A DNA stretch of 64,000 bases. Origin: Nemertoderma westbladi. Its lineage: Eukaryota; Animalia; Xenacoelomorpha. A program made the position numbers and the translations under genes. A model generated the notes under the pieces. The model saw only the letters and a list, made by a program, of their open reading frames with translations, was not told where the DNA came from and searched no databases. Within the stretch, counting starts at the first letter, position 1. Each line of letters begins with the position of its first letter. Where the stretch lies: contig JAUCBJ010000251.1 in the NCBI GenBank assembly GCA_032718475.1, forward strand, positions 5,447 to 69,446, in the 5' to 3' direction. This document shows positions 11,197-26,199 of the stretch, in pieces.

Positions 11197-12387
11197 TATT
11201 ATTCTCTATGTGTGCCTATCTATCTATATTCTATATTCAGTGAATAGGATACTATATTATATACTTTTGATGGATGATATTGTTAGTAAATGCAATTTAA
11301 TTTAAATTAAAATAAAAATAAGCGTAACTCATGTTTTGAATTGCAGAAGCACCTAGTCCTGCCATGAACTAGTAGAAGTAATCAACAAAAATCGAAAAAG
11401 TTTCTATAATTCTCTGGTATCGTTACGTATTATTATGGCACGTAACACTTTAAGGAATTAAATATCTAAGATTTTGGTCAAAGTTGTAAAATTTGAACCG
11501 CTAAACGGATTTCTGTCATTCAAGTATCGTTCGAAAGCTAATTTTTTGATTTAACATATATAAATTGTAAAATTGTAGCACAAATTTAATTACACAACAA
11601 TAGAAAGTAAATCCCAAAATACATAAAAACGTAGACTTGTCAATAACATTTGAGTTGTTTTGGAAGAGATGGCGTCATAATATAACAAGAATGAAGTTCC
11701 GTTAGCGGTAATTGTTTGTTTGATTTAGGCTAATCAATAATAGTGTAATGAATGAACTGAACATTAGGTACGTTTAATTTAATTTAATTTTATTTTATTT
11801 ATATTATTCGGAGACATCACAGTTATAGCAGCGAATTGAAATAAAATAACACGACACATAACATATGACAAGTAAATACATAACGGCTTATGCTATGGCT
11901 TAATTAAGATATAAAATTAGTAAAAGTTAGGTAGTGTAAATAAAAATCCAAGAATAATAATATTCTAAAATATCACATAAAACGATTGAACTTTAAAATA
12001 CGATTAAAATTTACTGTCGATACACCAGCCTTAAAATGTTGTAAAGAAGTTGATGCGATTAAATCGTAGTGCTTAAAGATTAAATACTCTGTACTAATAA
12101 GCAAGTTTCCAAGGTTACAATGTAGTCTTGGAAGTTGTACAAGACTACAATATGTAGTCTCGTCCAGCGTAGGTTGTCTGCGATTTGTAGTCTGGGAGAC
12201 GGATTTGTAAAAATTTACCACATTTTATTTTTTAATTTGTCCTGTCTTAATTAGCTTAAAAAAAGAGAGAATATTCTGAGTTTTCGAAATATGTGGGGCG
12301 AGACACGTATGGCGAGCCATCAGCGAACTGATATAATTATACTATGGCCGTTTTTCAAAAGTCTGTGTGTGTGTGTGTAGGGGGGGG

Positions 12388-12422
<35 letters not shown>

Positions 12423-13499
12423 GGTGTGTAGGTGAACTGGTTCAAACAGGGGACAATTGCATGAATACACAGCCACAAACCGGGGACGATCTACAATCCG
12501 GGGACGTCCCCGGAATGAAAAGATATCAAAAATGGAATCTACGTACTAAAATTAATGGATTCTGAAAATTTCAGATCATTTCGGCGATGTCCCCTGTTCC
12601 ACCCAAACCTGTCAAATACGTGTGTAAATTTGTGTTTGAGTTTTGAAAATTTCACTGACCCCAGTATAATGCGATAGTTTCAAGTGTCCCCTTTTCCATA
12701 CAGTTATATAACATTCCAAACACTCGTTGTAGTATGGGTGCTGTTGTTCAATGTGGGGACTGGAATCTACAATGTAATTAATATGTTGTGATCTAATTTA
12801 ACATTTTGACCAAACGCAGCAGTATGTGTGGCATGGTTCAAAATGGGGACTAGGAATTCATTGTCACCTAAAAAGTAGAGATTAATTTTAAGTAAGTAGA
12901 ATATATATATGTCGAATGTGCCAATTTGGAAATCAAATACTTTAGTAATCGTGTTTTAAAGCAGAATGGCGAGCCCTCACTGCCTCACTGCCCTATCTAT
13001 TATTTCAACAAACAATAAGAAATCAAATCGAATATATAATTTTATGACAAATTTTCCTGATAAACAACTTGATATACATTTGCAATATACAATTAAAAGT
13101 GGTTCATGAAGGACATTCATTAAGAACGTTACGTTTCGTTTTCTTGCTATAATTTGTATAAGCTGATTCTGACTCAAATTCAAATTCAGTTACTTGAAAA
13201 TACATCCATATCATCTTTACCAGAAACATTTCCCGATTCAGTATCAGAATTGCATAGATTGTTTTTATCTTCTTGAGAATCACCAAAGACCATGTCACAG
13301 TTACTCAATGCCGGATTGCTGACATGCTGCTCACTGATGCAATCTGCAAGTTCAGAAGAGTTGCTGCACCATGTAAACTCCTTGACAATATCAAGAACAT
13401 TGGTGGTAGTTAAATCTGATGTATCAAATAAGTCATGCCATGAACGCATGGTTTGCATAACAACAACAGACGCAGTTAACCTTGCCCCCAAACCCTATC

Positions 13500-14062
13500 C
13501 TCCTCCAACGACCCTGCCCCACCCACTCCTTCAACATCTGACAACCCTGCCCCACCCACTCCTTCAACATCCGACAACCCTGCCCCACTCACTCCTTTAA
13601 ACTCAAATGACTCTGTCCCACCCACTCCTTTTGACCTCCGACAACCCTGCCCCACTCACTCCTTTAAACTCCAATGACCCTGTCCCACCCACTCCTTTGA
13701 CCTCCGACAACCCTGCCCCACTCACTCCTTTAAACTCCAATGACTCTGCCCCACCCACTCCTTCAACATCCGACAACCCTGCCCCACTCACTCCTTTAAA
13801 CTCCAATGACCCTGCCCCACCCACTCCTTCGACATCCGACAACCCTGCCCCACTCACTACTTAAAACTCCGACAACCCAGCCCCACCCACTCCTTCAACA
13901 TCCAACGACCTCGTCCCACCCACTCCTTCAACCTCGGACAACCCTGCCTCACCCACTCCTTCAACATCCGACAACCCTGCCCCTCTCACACCTTTAAACT
14001 CAGACGACCCTGCCCCACTCACTCCTTCGACATCCGACAACCCTGCCCCACTCACTCCACCC
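13500..14062. repeat. C-rich 33/66 bp minisatellite
   Basis: ccgacaaccctgccccactcactcctttaaact alternating with ccaatgaccctgccccacccactccttcaacat; 22 aa periodicity in the ORF track. Confidence 0.92.
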
Positions 14063-14144
14063 CACCCATAAAAAGAGGGGTAGGCAGCGACGCCCGCTAG
14101 CCTAATATAATTAATTATAATATTGATAAACTCATATAGCAACG

Positions 14145-14860
14145 ATGACTGAGTTGATAGAAGATGATCTTGGTATCAGGGAGCGATATACCCTACCGTT
14201 ACAAGCGTTTGTTGATAGCTTAATACGCGGCGATGCTAGTCCAGCTACTACGGAGGACGATGGTCGTTATATCGAACCGCCAATGTCCAAGGAACAACTC
14301 ACGCGTGAATTGGACTATAGAAAATGCACCGCTCACTATACACATCGTAATGGTACGTATATGGACTTCTTAACTACTGGTTATCCTATCGATTTACACG
14401 ATATGGACAATATAGACACCAAAAGGGAAATGGTTCTATTTAAATATCATACCCAGTGGAGGCGGAACGATAAACTGAGAATCGAACATGAGAATTCTAT
14501 TCGAAACCGACTCGAAAGAGAAGACGTTGAAGAGCCGGATAAACGCAGCAACTTCAATAAATATCTGGAATTCTTGAGAAAACATATCTCAATATTGCCA
14601 GCCAACAAAATCTAGAAACTCGATATCCTCAAGGTATACATCATGACCCTATGATAGAACCCATACAACTCTATTTCACTATGATGTATCTTACCGCCGA
14701 TCGACCGCTACCTGTTGTACCGGATAGCTTCGAACAGATGGAGGAATATTGTAAAACTGGAGAACGATCACTCGCGTTTCCCCTACAAGACGTGCATCTT
14801 TGGTATTATTACGATGAATGCCCTAGACCCAACTAACAAACGGAAAGACATAAACATCCG
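14145..14860 (+). pseudogene. Disrupted orphan ORF of unknown function, possibly TE or virus derived
   Basis: 156 aa ATG ORF of globular composition that appears to continue past a stop and frameshift into 14651-14836; TATA-like cataaaaagagggg at about 14067; no family recognised. Confidence 0.4.
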
Positions 14861-15939
14861 CGGAGACATTGCGCTAAACACAGTTTTACTCGTTATACTT
14901 ACGGGAGTTTCGAGCGAAACTTGTTTGACGTATCACCTACGCTCGCTCGACTCAGACGATCCTTAAATAAACCGATGATGATCAGAGTTCCGGAATACTC
15001 GATCAGACCTCCTCATTCCCTAATGAGACCTCAGACTCTTGATCCTAATAGTATGAAGGATCCTCCCGAGTTGTAATCACTGTCCAAAGATCTAATGTTA
15101 CCCTAAAAATTAGTCGGTGGCACTCCGGTTGTGGGCTCCCTAGATATTAGCCCATCCTAGATAGCCGGATTGGGACGCGGACATTTAATATCGCCGTTTA
15201 ACCCGTATAATCGTCCCGGTTTAACACCGATACAACCCGTCACCAAGGTGGAGGAGAGCGTTGTACGAAACGCGTTAGACGCTATTCTACAAAAGATCAG
15301 AAAGGGAACATACGTTTGTTCAGATAAACGTAAATTGCAGCAGCAAGTCCAAGCGGTAAACGAATTAGCTTTATCTCAGTTCGATCGGGAAATCCAGAAT
15401 CTCTAAGAAGTTATCGAACTTGGACGGCCCTATTCTCTGCGAGAGTTTTTTGGACGAACGCGTCCAACGACAAGCGGAGGAAAATCAGCTCGAGGAGAAG
15501 CATATCAAAATGGACGAGACACCAACCGTAACCCTAAACCTTCTGATGCAATTGTATTGCACCCTTCACCCAGGAGTTATAGCCCTCCTAGTAAAGTGGC
15601 TCGCCCCAAAGAGAAAAGGACTCTTGCTAGCCTCAAAAAACTTCGTAAACGCCGTTCAAGTAAGAAGGACTAGTAGTTTAGAGTATTCTTATGTTTTAGA
15701 AACTGTGATTTTGTATATTTTATAGACTCAAATCCCATTTTCTGGGAGCGGTGTAAAAGCTTTTGCGGATATAATCAGCCGTTTTTCTCCGCAATATACC
15801 GTGTAGGTATTTTAGCGGACATAAAAAGCCATTTTTTCCCGCTATGTCTGCATGTGTGCTTTAGCGGATATAACAAGCAATTTTCTCCGCAATTCGCTAT
15901 ACTCTAAACCTGGAACTCAAATGACGAAATCTATCAGCT

Positions 15940-16910
15940 GATTTACTGCCAACGTGGAACCTGAACCTCTCTTTGTTCTTTGTTCGGCTCAGCCAATCAG
16001 AGCGATTTTCACTGTGTTGGACAGGGCCTACAGAAACCCACGCAATTCAGTCAGTGTGTATCTTTTCTAAGCCAGAACATCGGCTTGGGATTCTTCTGTA
16101 CTTCTGTAGAAGTTTCAGGCTTTGGCCAGAACATTAGATGTCTTTGATTATCGAAACATAAACTATTACCTGACTCACTGACGGGTCAACGCATACATCA
16201 TACCGGTACGGTACCGTACCAAAACAATTACTGCATTATTTCACTGTCTGTTATTAATGGTTATATCTGTTGATGGATATATTGTTGTATTTGAAGAATA
16301 CCGATAAAGAACCCAAAAAACCCCAATCTTATTGATTACTGAAGGTTAGAGGACAGGTTACCGGTAGCAATTGCGACTTACATTATAGTGGGTTTTGTGT
16401 GAATTAAATGCTATTTCATAATCCCTACGTGTATCATGTTGCTATCCTCCTTATATATGATCAAATTCAGTAACTGTCGGCAGATCAGTGTGAAGCAGTG
16501 TGAAGTTGTGTGCGGTGATGTGACTGGTAATAAAGCATCTCCTAAAGAATGCGCCTTTTATGTAAATCAATAGACATCTAGTTGTGATTAGTATAAGTCA
16601 TAACTTTGTTTCATACTTAAAGCGCCACGTCCTAAAGGAACTGTTAATATTTCCCCGAAAGTAAATATATTGTCAGAGATTATATAGTAGAGATCAATCG
16701 AATAATACAGTAGGTCTACAACGCAATAATAAGTCAAAGCATCCGAATCCAGTCTCCCTTAACAGTGGGTGAATGGTCGCGCATAGACTGGCTTCGGCTA
16801 ATGTTATTTCAGTATAATAATTAATTGTCGTAGGCTAAAGTCGATTTATAAATTAGAAGAGACCTAAAATTGGCGGGTTAAACTGCCAAAAGTCTAAAAG
16901 CGCGAACACG
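15940..16910. mobile_element. Second, inverted copy of the repeat in the LSm5 intron
   Basis: Reverse-complement similarity to 4792-5830. Confidence 0.7.
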
Positions 16911-18270
16911 ATTTGAAAAATTAGAAAGAAAAATACTCAAAATTGAATCTGCTGAAGGTTTTTGGATCTTTATCCAAAAACTTGCCAATATTTTTCCAAA
17001 TTTTTGAAAAAATTGAATTTGAATTTTTTTTTATTCATAATTACAAATCTTCCATTGACCTTCATACAAAGTTATTGTCGTTTCTGACAATGAGAAGTTG
17101 CTCTAACAAGGCAATATAAAAATTATGGCCATGTAGCGCTACCGGGGCCTTAAAAAAATACCTCTAGGCCAACGTATCGTATGTTTTCATTCTTATGTAT
17201 TTAGTACTAAAGAATTTAACTTGCTTAGTACCCTATCCTACTTGATACTGTATGTTCATGCAATCATATGTATTCAAAAATATACATTACATACGGATAC
17301 GGATTACACAGGATTACGTTGTACCTGATTCATACCGGGGACAATTGCATGAATACACAACGACAAACCGGGGACGATTAACAATCCGGGGACGTCCCCG
17401 GAATGAATTGGTAGCTAAAATGAAATCTACATCAACATCATTTTTTCTCCATATTCAGTACGAAATAAATGAATCGCTTATTAAAATATAAATTTTAGAA
17501 ATGAAATAATACATGTATTGTTTTCTTCTTATATATTAAGTAATTCAGAATTAAAGCATTTAACTATATTATCTGACTGTAATAATGTTACGAACATCAT
17601 GTAGTCAATAATATGCCTACAATTATTAGGCACTATGCTGCGAAATTAAATGAATGTATCTCAGGTTTAGTTAATTATTTATTTCAAGTTCATTGGTTAT
17701 TTTGATTATTATCACAAATAGTAATAAAAATATTAAAATATTTAGTTAAAATTGGTAGCAAAAAGGAAATCTACGTATTGTTTCCTCACATCAAAATCAT
17801 ATTGCGGAGTTAGTTACGAATACAAGGATTTTAAGATTATGGCTGCCCATTGAACCCTTTCTATTTCTCAAGAATATTCCAGAACATTATTTGTTATCCA
17901 ATCACATATCGTCTGACACGGCATCACATTGTATAATGTTTAACATTCGGTAGAGTTAATGATTGTGTATACTCTACCTGAAATGTGCTCAATCACACTG
18001 GGGACCGGGTCGTGATTGGACAAAAACTTAAACACACCAGTGAAATGTGTATGTATGATGTCCCCACTTCAACCCACGAGTAACAAATAAGCAATCTTTA
18101 GAGTTGATAAATTTTGAAACAATAGAATAACGTAAAATGGTCTCCTGAGTCTAATGGTGCCAAAATTATTTAATTTAAACCAAGAACAAAGAAGTTATAA
18201 GGAAATCAATATCGACCCCAGAACCGACCGATGGAAATAACGGTCCCCAGAATGGGGGTTGTACAAAGAG

Positions 18271-18664
<394 letters not shown>

Positions 18665-19199
18665 AAACGCGTAATACACCTAACATTTCGCCAGATTCCC
18701 ACAATCATTGTGCTAACTTCGCAATTGTGCTAACACTTTCCGCTAACAGTTGTCTCAAATTACGAAAAAAATCATCTCGCGAAGTTTCAAGCTATGTTAG
18801 GTGAATTTAATTTGCCAGATAAATTTTCAGTGTGTTTTTTTATCTTGCGCCCCCATGCAGCTGCAATGTGAATATATTGTAAATATACATGTTAGGTGTG
18901 TCGCTTCCACCCGTTTACTGTTAGGTGTATCGCTTCCACCCGATTACTGTTAGGTGTAGGTGTACTATTTCCACCCGATTACTGTTAGGTGTGTTGTTTC
19001 CATAAGATTACTGTTAGGTGTATCATGTATCATTTCCATGTATTGGATAATAGGTCTTTTAGATTCCAAAAATTCACATATGTGTGTAACAATTCTAATG
19101 TTAGATACATTTCATAAAGTTAATAAAGCTGTAGTCGTATCAAATGGGTGGCAAACTATTTTTCATCTAACATCTAAAATTAAATGTATCTATAATAAA

Positions 19200-21605
19200 A
19201 CAAATATTGACGAGTGTGTACCTATATAATCTGGCTAACTAACATTGTGCTAACAACTGAACTATAGTGTAATCAATTATATGACAAGGTGTAACCAATA
19301 TTAGCGAGTGTGTGTTTATATTATCTGGCTAACTAATATTGTGCTAACAACTAAACTACAGCGCAATTAATTATATGACAAGGTGTAACCAATATTAGCG
19401 AGTGTGTGTATATTATCTGGCTAACCCTTATTGGGCTAACAACTGAACTACAGTGTAATCAATTATATGACAAGGTGTAACCAATATTAAGAGCTAGTTC
19501 TAGTTCTTTAAAATACCTGAGTGTTTAAAGCTCATCTATCCCATCATAGTAGACATGTACCGAACAACAAGAGTCCCACAAGAAATGAAAACAAATAAGT
19601 TGGTGCAGGTCCCAAGAAGGGCAACCTAACACTCTATGGTTCTTTTCGGGGAATCTCATTGATCTCGATTGCTGCAAAGCTATACAATAGAATTCTATTT
19701 AATCGCATCAGGGATCCCATTGAGAGACTGCTCCGTGGAAATCAGAATGGGTTCCGTAAAGGTCGTGGGACCATGGAGCCCATTTTGGCACTTAGAAGGA
19801 TAATTGAAGAGTTATCAAAAAAGAAAGACAGGCATCTGGCTGTTATCTTTGTTGACTTCTTCAAGGCCTTTGAATCAGTCTCTCGCTCACGTATGTTCAG
19901 CATACTTTCATTATATGGGATTCCTGATGAAATTATTGCAGCAATCCGATCAGTATACGATGGTTCGACAACATTTGTGTCTACTGTTGACGGTGACACA
20001 GAACCATTTGAAGTGTTATAGGGCGTCCTCCATGGAGACACAATTGCACCATTCTTGTTAATAATTGTTGTTGACTATGTTCTACGCATGTCCTTAGATC
20101 ATCATAATGATGATGGGGTGCTGATAACTCCACCTACTGGCTCCAGAAGTCGAGGAAATCCTGCCAAGTACCTAACTGATCTAGACTTTGCTGATGACTT
20201 AGGAGTACTCTCAGAATCACTAGAGGGAGCCCAACGGCTCCTCAGCTCATTAGATCATGCTGCTTCTAGTGTCTTTTTATTAACTCCAGAAAGACCAAAA
20301 TTTTGACAGTTAACTTTGAAAGTCCTCAGCAAGTCTCTGATCGGATGAGCATAAGCTCAAAAGATGGTATGCTTGAGCATGTGGATGACTTCTGTTACCT
20401 GGGATCATGTATCCGGAAGTCAGATGAGGACCTACGAATACGTAAGGGAAAGGCATGGGCAACCTTTAATAGGCTTTCCAGGATTTGGAAGTCACCGAGA
20501 ATTAATCGGACACTTAAGGTCCGATTATTTAGAGCAGCAGTAGTTCCAGTACTCCTCTATGGGAGTCCATGCTGGGCTCTAACTGCGGAGGACACGAAAT
20601 CTCTGGATGGCACTTTCACAAGAATGCTACGCCGGGTTCATTGTGTCAAGTACAATGCACACATCTCCAACCAGACACTATATAACATTGGAGGTGTCTC
20701 ATTGGTTCCCCCAAGCTTGACACTAGAACAAAATCGCCTCCGCTTTGCAGGACATTGCTATCGCCGTGAGGACCAGCCAGTGCATAATCTTGTACTTTGG
20801 CAGCCTCATGGAGTGAATAAGCATGGTGGACAAGCCCATGACTTTCTTGAGACGCATCTTAAAGGACACTGGCCTTGAAGATGCGGATGATCTAGCAAAT
20901 GTCATGGGTGATAGGGAGTTGTCGATAAGCCGGCACAGCATTCTTAAAAATGCAGCTGTAATGCAGCATGCCGATTCTAGTAGTAGTAGTAACCAATATT
21001 AGCGAGTGTGGATTTATATTATCTGACTAACTAATATTGTGCTAACAACTAAACTACAGCGCAATCAATTATATGACAAGGTGTAACCAATATTAGCGAG
21101 TGTGTGTTTATATTATCTGGCTAACCCTTATTGTGCTAACAACTGAACTACAGTGTAATCAATTATATATCAAGGTGTAACAAATATTGGTGTCTGTGTG
21201 TATATTATCTGGCTAAGTAATATTGTGCTAACTGTACTACAGTGTAATCAATTATATGATAAGGTGTAACCAATATTGGTGAGTGTGTGTTTATATCATC
21301 TGGCTAACTAATATTGTGCTAACAACTGAATTACAGTGTAATCAATTATATAACAAGGTGTAACAAATATTGGTGTCTGTGTGTATATCTGGCTAAGTAA
21401 TATTGTGCTAACTGTACTACAGTGTAATCAATTATATGATAAGGTGTAACCAATATTGGTGAGTGTGTGTTTATATTATCTGGCTAACTAATATTGTGCT
21501 AACAACTGAACTACAGTGTAATCAATTATATGGCAAGGTGTAACCAATATTGGTGAGTGTGTATTTTATCTGGCTAATATTGCGCTTCCTAATAACTGAA
21601 CTACA
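19200..21605. repeat. About 90-94 bp tandem repeat (about 10 copies) interrupted by an RTE LINE
   Basis: Unit ctggctaactaatattgtgctaacaactgaactacagtgtaatcaattatatgacaaggtgtaaccaatatt...; 3 copies left and about 7 right of the LINE. Confidence 0.9.
19490..20990 (+). mobile_element. 5'-truncated RTE-clade LINE
   Basis: RT motifs NQNGFRKGR, FVDFFKAF, LDFADDL, FCYLGS, VLLYGS..W, RLRFAGH with frameshifts; (TAG)n tail; TSD gtaaccaatatta at 19477-19489 and 20989-21001. Confidence 0.92.
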
Positions 21606-23094
21606 GTACAGTGTGAAGAGCGTAAATATAAATTCCAGTGTAGTAAGACCTTCTGCTTTAAGTCTAGCGCGATGTTTCTGTGTCATAAGGTCATGCAGCG
21701 ATAGGTCCACCAACATGTTATTCTAACCAAAACAAAAAACGAAAGTCAATAACTCTGGTTATACTTATTTATACTAGAAATCAGCTGCAAATATACAGTA
21801 AGTACAAATTATTTCTGCAAAATACGGCGAAACCTAACGACGCAAGACTTAATGACAGGCATTGCAGTGGTATCTAATTCGGTGGGATCTAACGCGCATG
21901 GAGCTAACGCGACATTTGTGTCTGTTAGTGCAGCACAGTAGTGCAGCACAGTAGTGCAGCACAGTGCAGCACCCCACTTCTTTCATTACTTCGGCTAACA
22001 GAATAACTGATAATTCCGGTGTCAATCTCGTAGGAAATAAATGTTGCATTAATTTTGCTATAATGCGATGTGCAGTATTGCATATTATATTACACCGCAT
22101 TTAGTTGTCAGTAGTTGCTATCAGCATACTACTATTGGTTGTTGTTAGCACAATAGTTGTATTCTAGAAATTAAATTATAGTCATATATTCCAGCCAATA
22201 TTGCTTTTATACAGATTTCCTTAATGAATGTTCAGAAGCCGGCAATTTAAACACTAGTTATTACCCTGTTAGGGGAATTGATGTGTGGTGTGCACTACTA
22301 GCGGTCATTCATTGAACTGGTTGTGTTAGCACAATTAAATCAGTGTCATTAGGTGTTAGTACTGTCGCGTAAAAAACGTAAATGTGTTGGTGTTAGGATA
22401 ATATACGATTTGCAGAAGGGGGTGTGTGTGTGTGTGTGTCGGAAGCCATAAATGTCGGAAGCCATAATCGAAGTTAATATCTTCAGCTAAATTGTATGGT
22501 TGAGTCATTTTGAACGGTCTCTCCATGAAAATTAATTGTTTAGCACCACGATTAAAGTTATTTTACACAGAAATTAGATATCTGGAATCCATGTACCCCA
22601 TTCCATTATAGTTTTTATTTTTTCAAGTGATTTGCGTTAATAAATGTATTTTTAATGGATTTAATTATAATTAACATTGTAAATTCATACCCTGATTCCA
22701 TTCTCCCCCATAGAGCCTAAGGCATGCATGGCAAGGGCAGCCGTGCCCAATAATATTTCTTTAAGTTCTACATTACTAACATGGCAAGCTAAAGTCATTG
22801 ACCAAGCCAGTACCTAGGTTAGTACACAAGGACATAGTAGTCCAGTAGAAGGAATAGTGCTCCTTCAATACATCTCAACAGACATCAATTCATTTGCCTG
22901 TGCCTACCAACGCGTGCTCCATAACATAACATATATTCTTGATTTCCATCACCTCTCACCACAATTATTATTAGTAATTAAAAGTTTCAATTCGGTTTGT
23001 CTTTCCGATATCTGGTTATTCAGTTATTGCATTATTAATAAATAAATGTTTTAAAATATATCTTACGAAATATGGTTAATAATTAAAACTTGTC

Positions 23095-23490
23095 GTTAAC
23101 ATTCTCGCTATGGGGGTTTTAAGGAGTGCTGATTACATTTCTGATGTCAGTTTTCAGGTTTACATAAATCTAGTCTGTCTGTCTGTCGGTCATTCTGTCA
23201 GTCAGTCTGTCAAAACATAAAAGAGAATTCAAATTAACTAACATTCTCGTTATGGTGGTTTTAATGGGTGCTAATTTTATTTCAGATGTCAGTTTTCACG
23301 TTTAAAAAATCTAGTCTGTGTGGCTGTCGGTCTTTCTGTCAGTCAGTCTGTGAAAACTTAAGAAAGTATACTAACTAACCAACATTCTCGCTATGGGGGT
23401 TTTAAGGGTTGCTGATTTCATTTCTGATGTCAGTTTACACGTTTACATAAATCTAGTCTGTTTGTCTGTCGGTCTCTCTGTCAGTCTGAA
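23095..23490. repeat. Three about 140 bp tandem units
   Basis: aacattctcgctatgggggttttaagg..tctgatgtcagttt..atctagtctgt repeated three times. Confidence 0.85.
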
Positions 23491-23663
23491 CTACTGTACT
23501 GTGGTTGGCATTACGCCATATACCTAACACTAATAATACAGTCTACAATACAGCCTATCTACAGTACAGAATGGATTTTTTGCCACGAAGAGCAATAAAT
23601 GTCATTAATACTATCCGCCAGTATACCTACTCCAAGAGCCTTCCAATAAAACATGTATTCCAG

Positions 23664-23737
23664 AATGACGTCCACTGCACGTCTTCGTGCTGTCCATGGT
23701 GACGTGCAGTGGACGTCATTAGGCTCTAAGGAGTTAA
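23664..23737. mobile_element. piggyBac-like terminus with subterminal hairpin
   Basis: Perfect 20 bp stem aatgacgtccactgcacgtc / gacgtgcagtggacgtcatt, then aggctctaaggag and TTAA at 23734-23737; partner end not found. Confidence 0.45.
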
Positions 23738-25419
23738 GCAACACGGTCCCTACTTCGCCCTGTCGACACCCCAGCCATTTTTCACCAATCCTTTTTTAGA
23801 GTTTTTTAATTCTTTTGGTATTGGTGAAAGTTCTACAACATTAGTAGATATGTTTTTTTTGATAGCTAGTGTTTTTTTGCTAGCTAGTATTTTTTGAAAT
23901 TATAAAAAATGTGAAAGTCCATGATATTTCAGGTTAAACTGTTGAAGAATATATTAATGACCAAAATAATTTCCAAAAATTACTAGCTAGTAAAAAATAC
24001 TAGCTATATACCATAAAAAATCTACTAAGGTTCTAGAACATTCACTAATATAAAAAAGCACTCAAAATCACAAAAAAATAAAGGTTAAAAAACTCATTCG
24101 GGACCCTTTTTCTTAAGGAGTCAAAATTGTAGAACAAATTCCCGAAGTTTGCGACGTTTGCGAAATTCGCGACGTTTGCGAAATTCGCGAAGAATTCGTC
24201 AGTTTCTGTGCCCTAACGGGTTCGTGCCGAAACAATCAAATCTTACACACTTAACACACACGAACTAATTCAATGTGTGTATTACTATGCCTGAATAATT
24301 AAATAGAAATTAAATTAATGAACGCTATTTCAACATGAAATCTACGGAATCAATACACAACACACGCACACTACTGAATTTAAAAATTTATATAGATTGC
24401 AACTTTTATTTGGCTACCTTTTAGGCCTAATGGGTGACTAATTTAATTATTCACCCCTATATATTTGTAGCCTTTTTAATTTCTACCTCTAATTGAATCA
24501 AACATTAAACTAAAATATATGTCACAATATTGGTCTGTCGGTAGCTGGTCAATGAATCTCTCATAAATTTGTTAATTAGTCGCTGTTCAGTCATTGAACA
24601 TTTGAACACGTGCTGCTCGAAGACCTCACAACGTGTATAATATGTCATGCTTTTGAAAAATGTTTTGACCACTTTTTCGGCTTAAAGTGTTACGTGCCAT
24701 TTTTATTATCAGGATGGTCTCCTTGCATGATTATTGAATATAAATATAAAATTGTATAAAACAAATTTAATGATATTTGGTCTTACAAAATAAATGGACC
24801 AATAACTACACAGCATTTACGACGTTGATTCCATAAAGTTAATGCGACCCAAATTCTTGGGTAAACTCATCCACTCCACACACTCCTGATGCCAATTTTA
24901 CTCGTTTAATAATTTCATGTTCTGGAATATTGGCTGTTTTCATTAACGTCGTATAGACCCAAAGTTATAATAATTCCTGAATGTGTTTGTGGATATTATT
25001 CAAATTACGTTGCAAATTCGAATTTACGGTTGATTACTGAATTTAAAAAAATGTTTCGATCCGTATTGGGGAAATATCATTTAGGCTATCAATCGAGTGA
25101 TAATCTAATTATTTCACACAAAATAGAAAGTTATTCGGTATAATTATTTACCTAGTTCTATTATCATCAATTCGATGTGTTCCTTAATTTAATATTATTT
25201 ATTGTTATCGGACTTATTTAAATATAAAGAAACTAGAAATTACCAAGTACCATTGTAGTTGTATTGTAGATCTCTTTGAGACTAACTTTCTGAGTTTTTA
25301 TTCATTAAAATAATATTTAATTGAACGAAATAATAATTCATTATTCATATTATCCATAATTAAATTTATTTTTTTTTCATTATTTGATTATATTATTGTT
25401 TTGCCGCATTTATATTTAA

Positions 25420-25660
25420 AATAGTAGAGTATATGAAATTTAATACGTGTGAGCCATCGCGAATCGCGTATCCTTCATCCAAATGTCAGAGAGACCAAAG
25501 TTTTCTTATAAAAGGGGCAGTGGCCGTTAGTTCTCCTTAGCCACCGATAGACGAACCAGAAGGCTACCACTTCGCACTATGTACATAAAAAAAAGAAAGG
25601 AAAAGAATACCTAAGCCATGAGGTATTTTAAAAAAAGGGGGGGGTGGGGTGGTAACGTTT
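25420..25660. repeat. Dispersed repeat (second copy 59120-59612) sharing blocks with the Penelope 3' UTR
   Basis: About 160 bp near-identical to 59130-59290; aaagaatacctaagccat is the reverse complement of 3159-3178. Confidence 0.8.
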
Positions 25661-26199
25661 TCGTAATGTTGTTGGTACTGTGCAGAATATAGATTAGATA
25701 TAAATTAGATTAGATAGGATCTAAGTTCGTATGTCTTTCTGGATATAAATTCGCCAGGAGCGCAGTATTTTCTAATCTGAGCTTGGGTTAGATTGTTTCA
25801 GGTTGTTTTGTGTTTTGTATGTACTGTACTGTACCCCTAATTATTAAAGCTTTGTACCTGTGGAACCTTCGGTAGAATAGGACTATTTATTGGGATCGGA
25901 TAATGTGGATGGCCATTAGTACGAAATACTTTGACTGGTTATTTAAACATCTCGAGTCACTACAATGGACAATTATTCAAAGGCGTCGTCGGCGTTGTAT
26001 AGATGTATTAAATATCCAACCAGCGAATAATATTTCATATAAAGTTCTTGCTTTTATCAAAGTATGTACTTGACCCACTCTATTACTCTATGTTTCAGCA
26101 CTTCTTCTTCATTAAAAACAATTATTCTTTCTGAGAAATATCAGAATTTTTCAATTTGTTTTTACAGTAGCCTAAGTGAGATTATATAGATTATATATT

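Larger units (their letters stand above)
12430..18270. mobile_element. Microsatellite-embedded element A with ggggac/gtcccc subterminal motifs (two left ends, decayed)
   Basis: Bounded by (GT)n on both sides; about 75 bp ggggac-rich block at 12449-12518 repeated at 17337-17407; inverted gtcccc motifs near the right end (18060, 18243). Confidence 0.55.

Noticed and set aside
13603-14142. Gly-rich or Pro-rich repeat proteins from the 33 bp array
   Set aside because: Frames are broken by stops and non-ATG starts; treated as a minisatellite.
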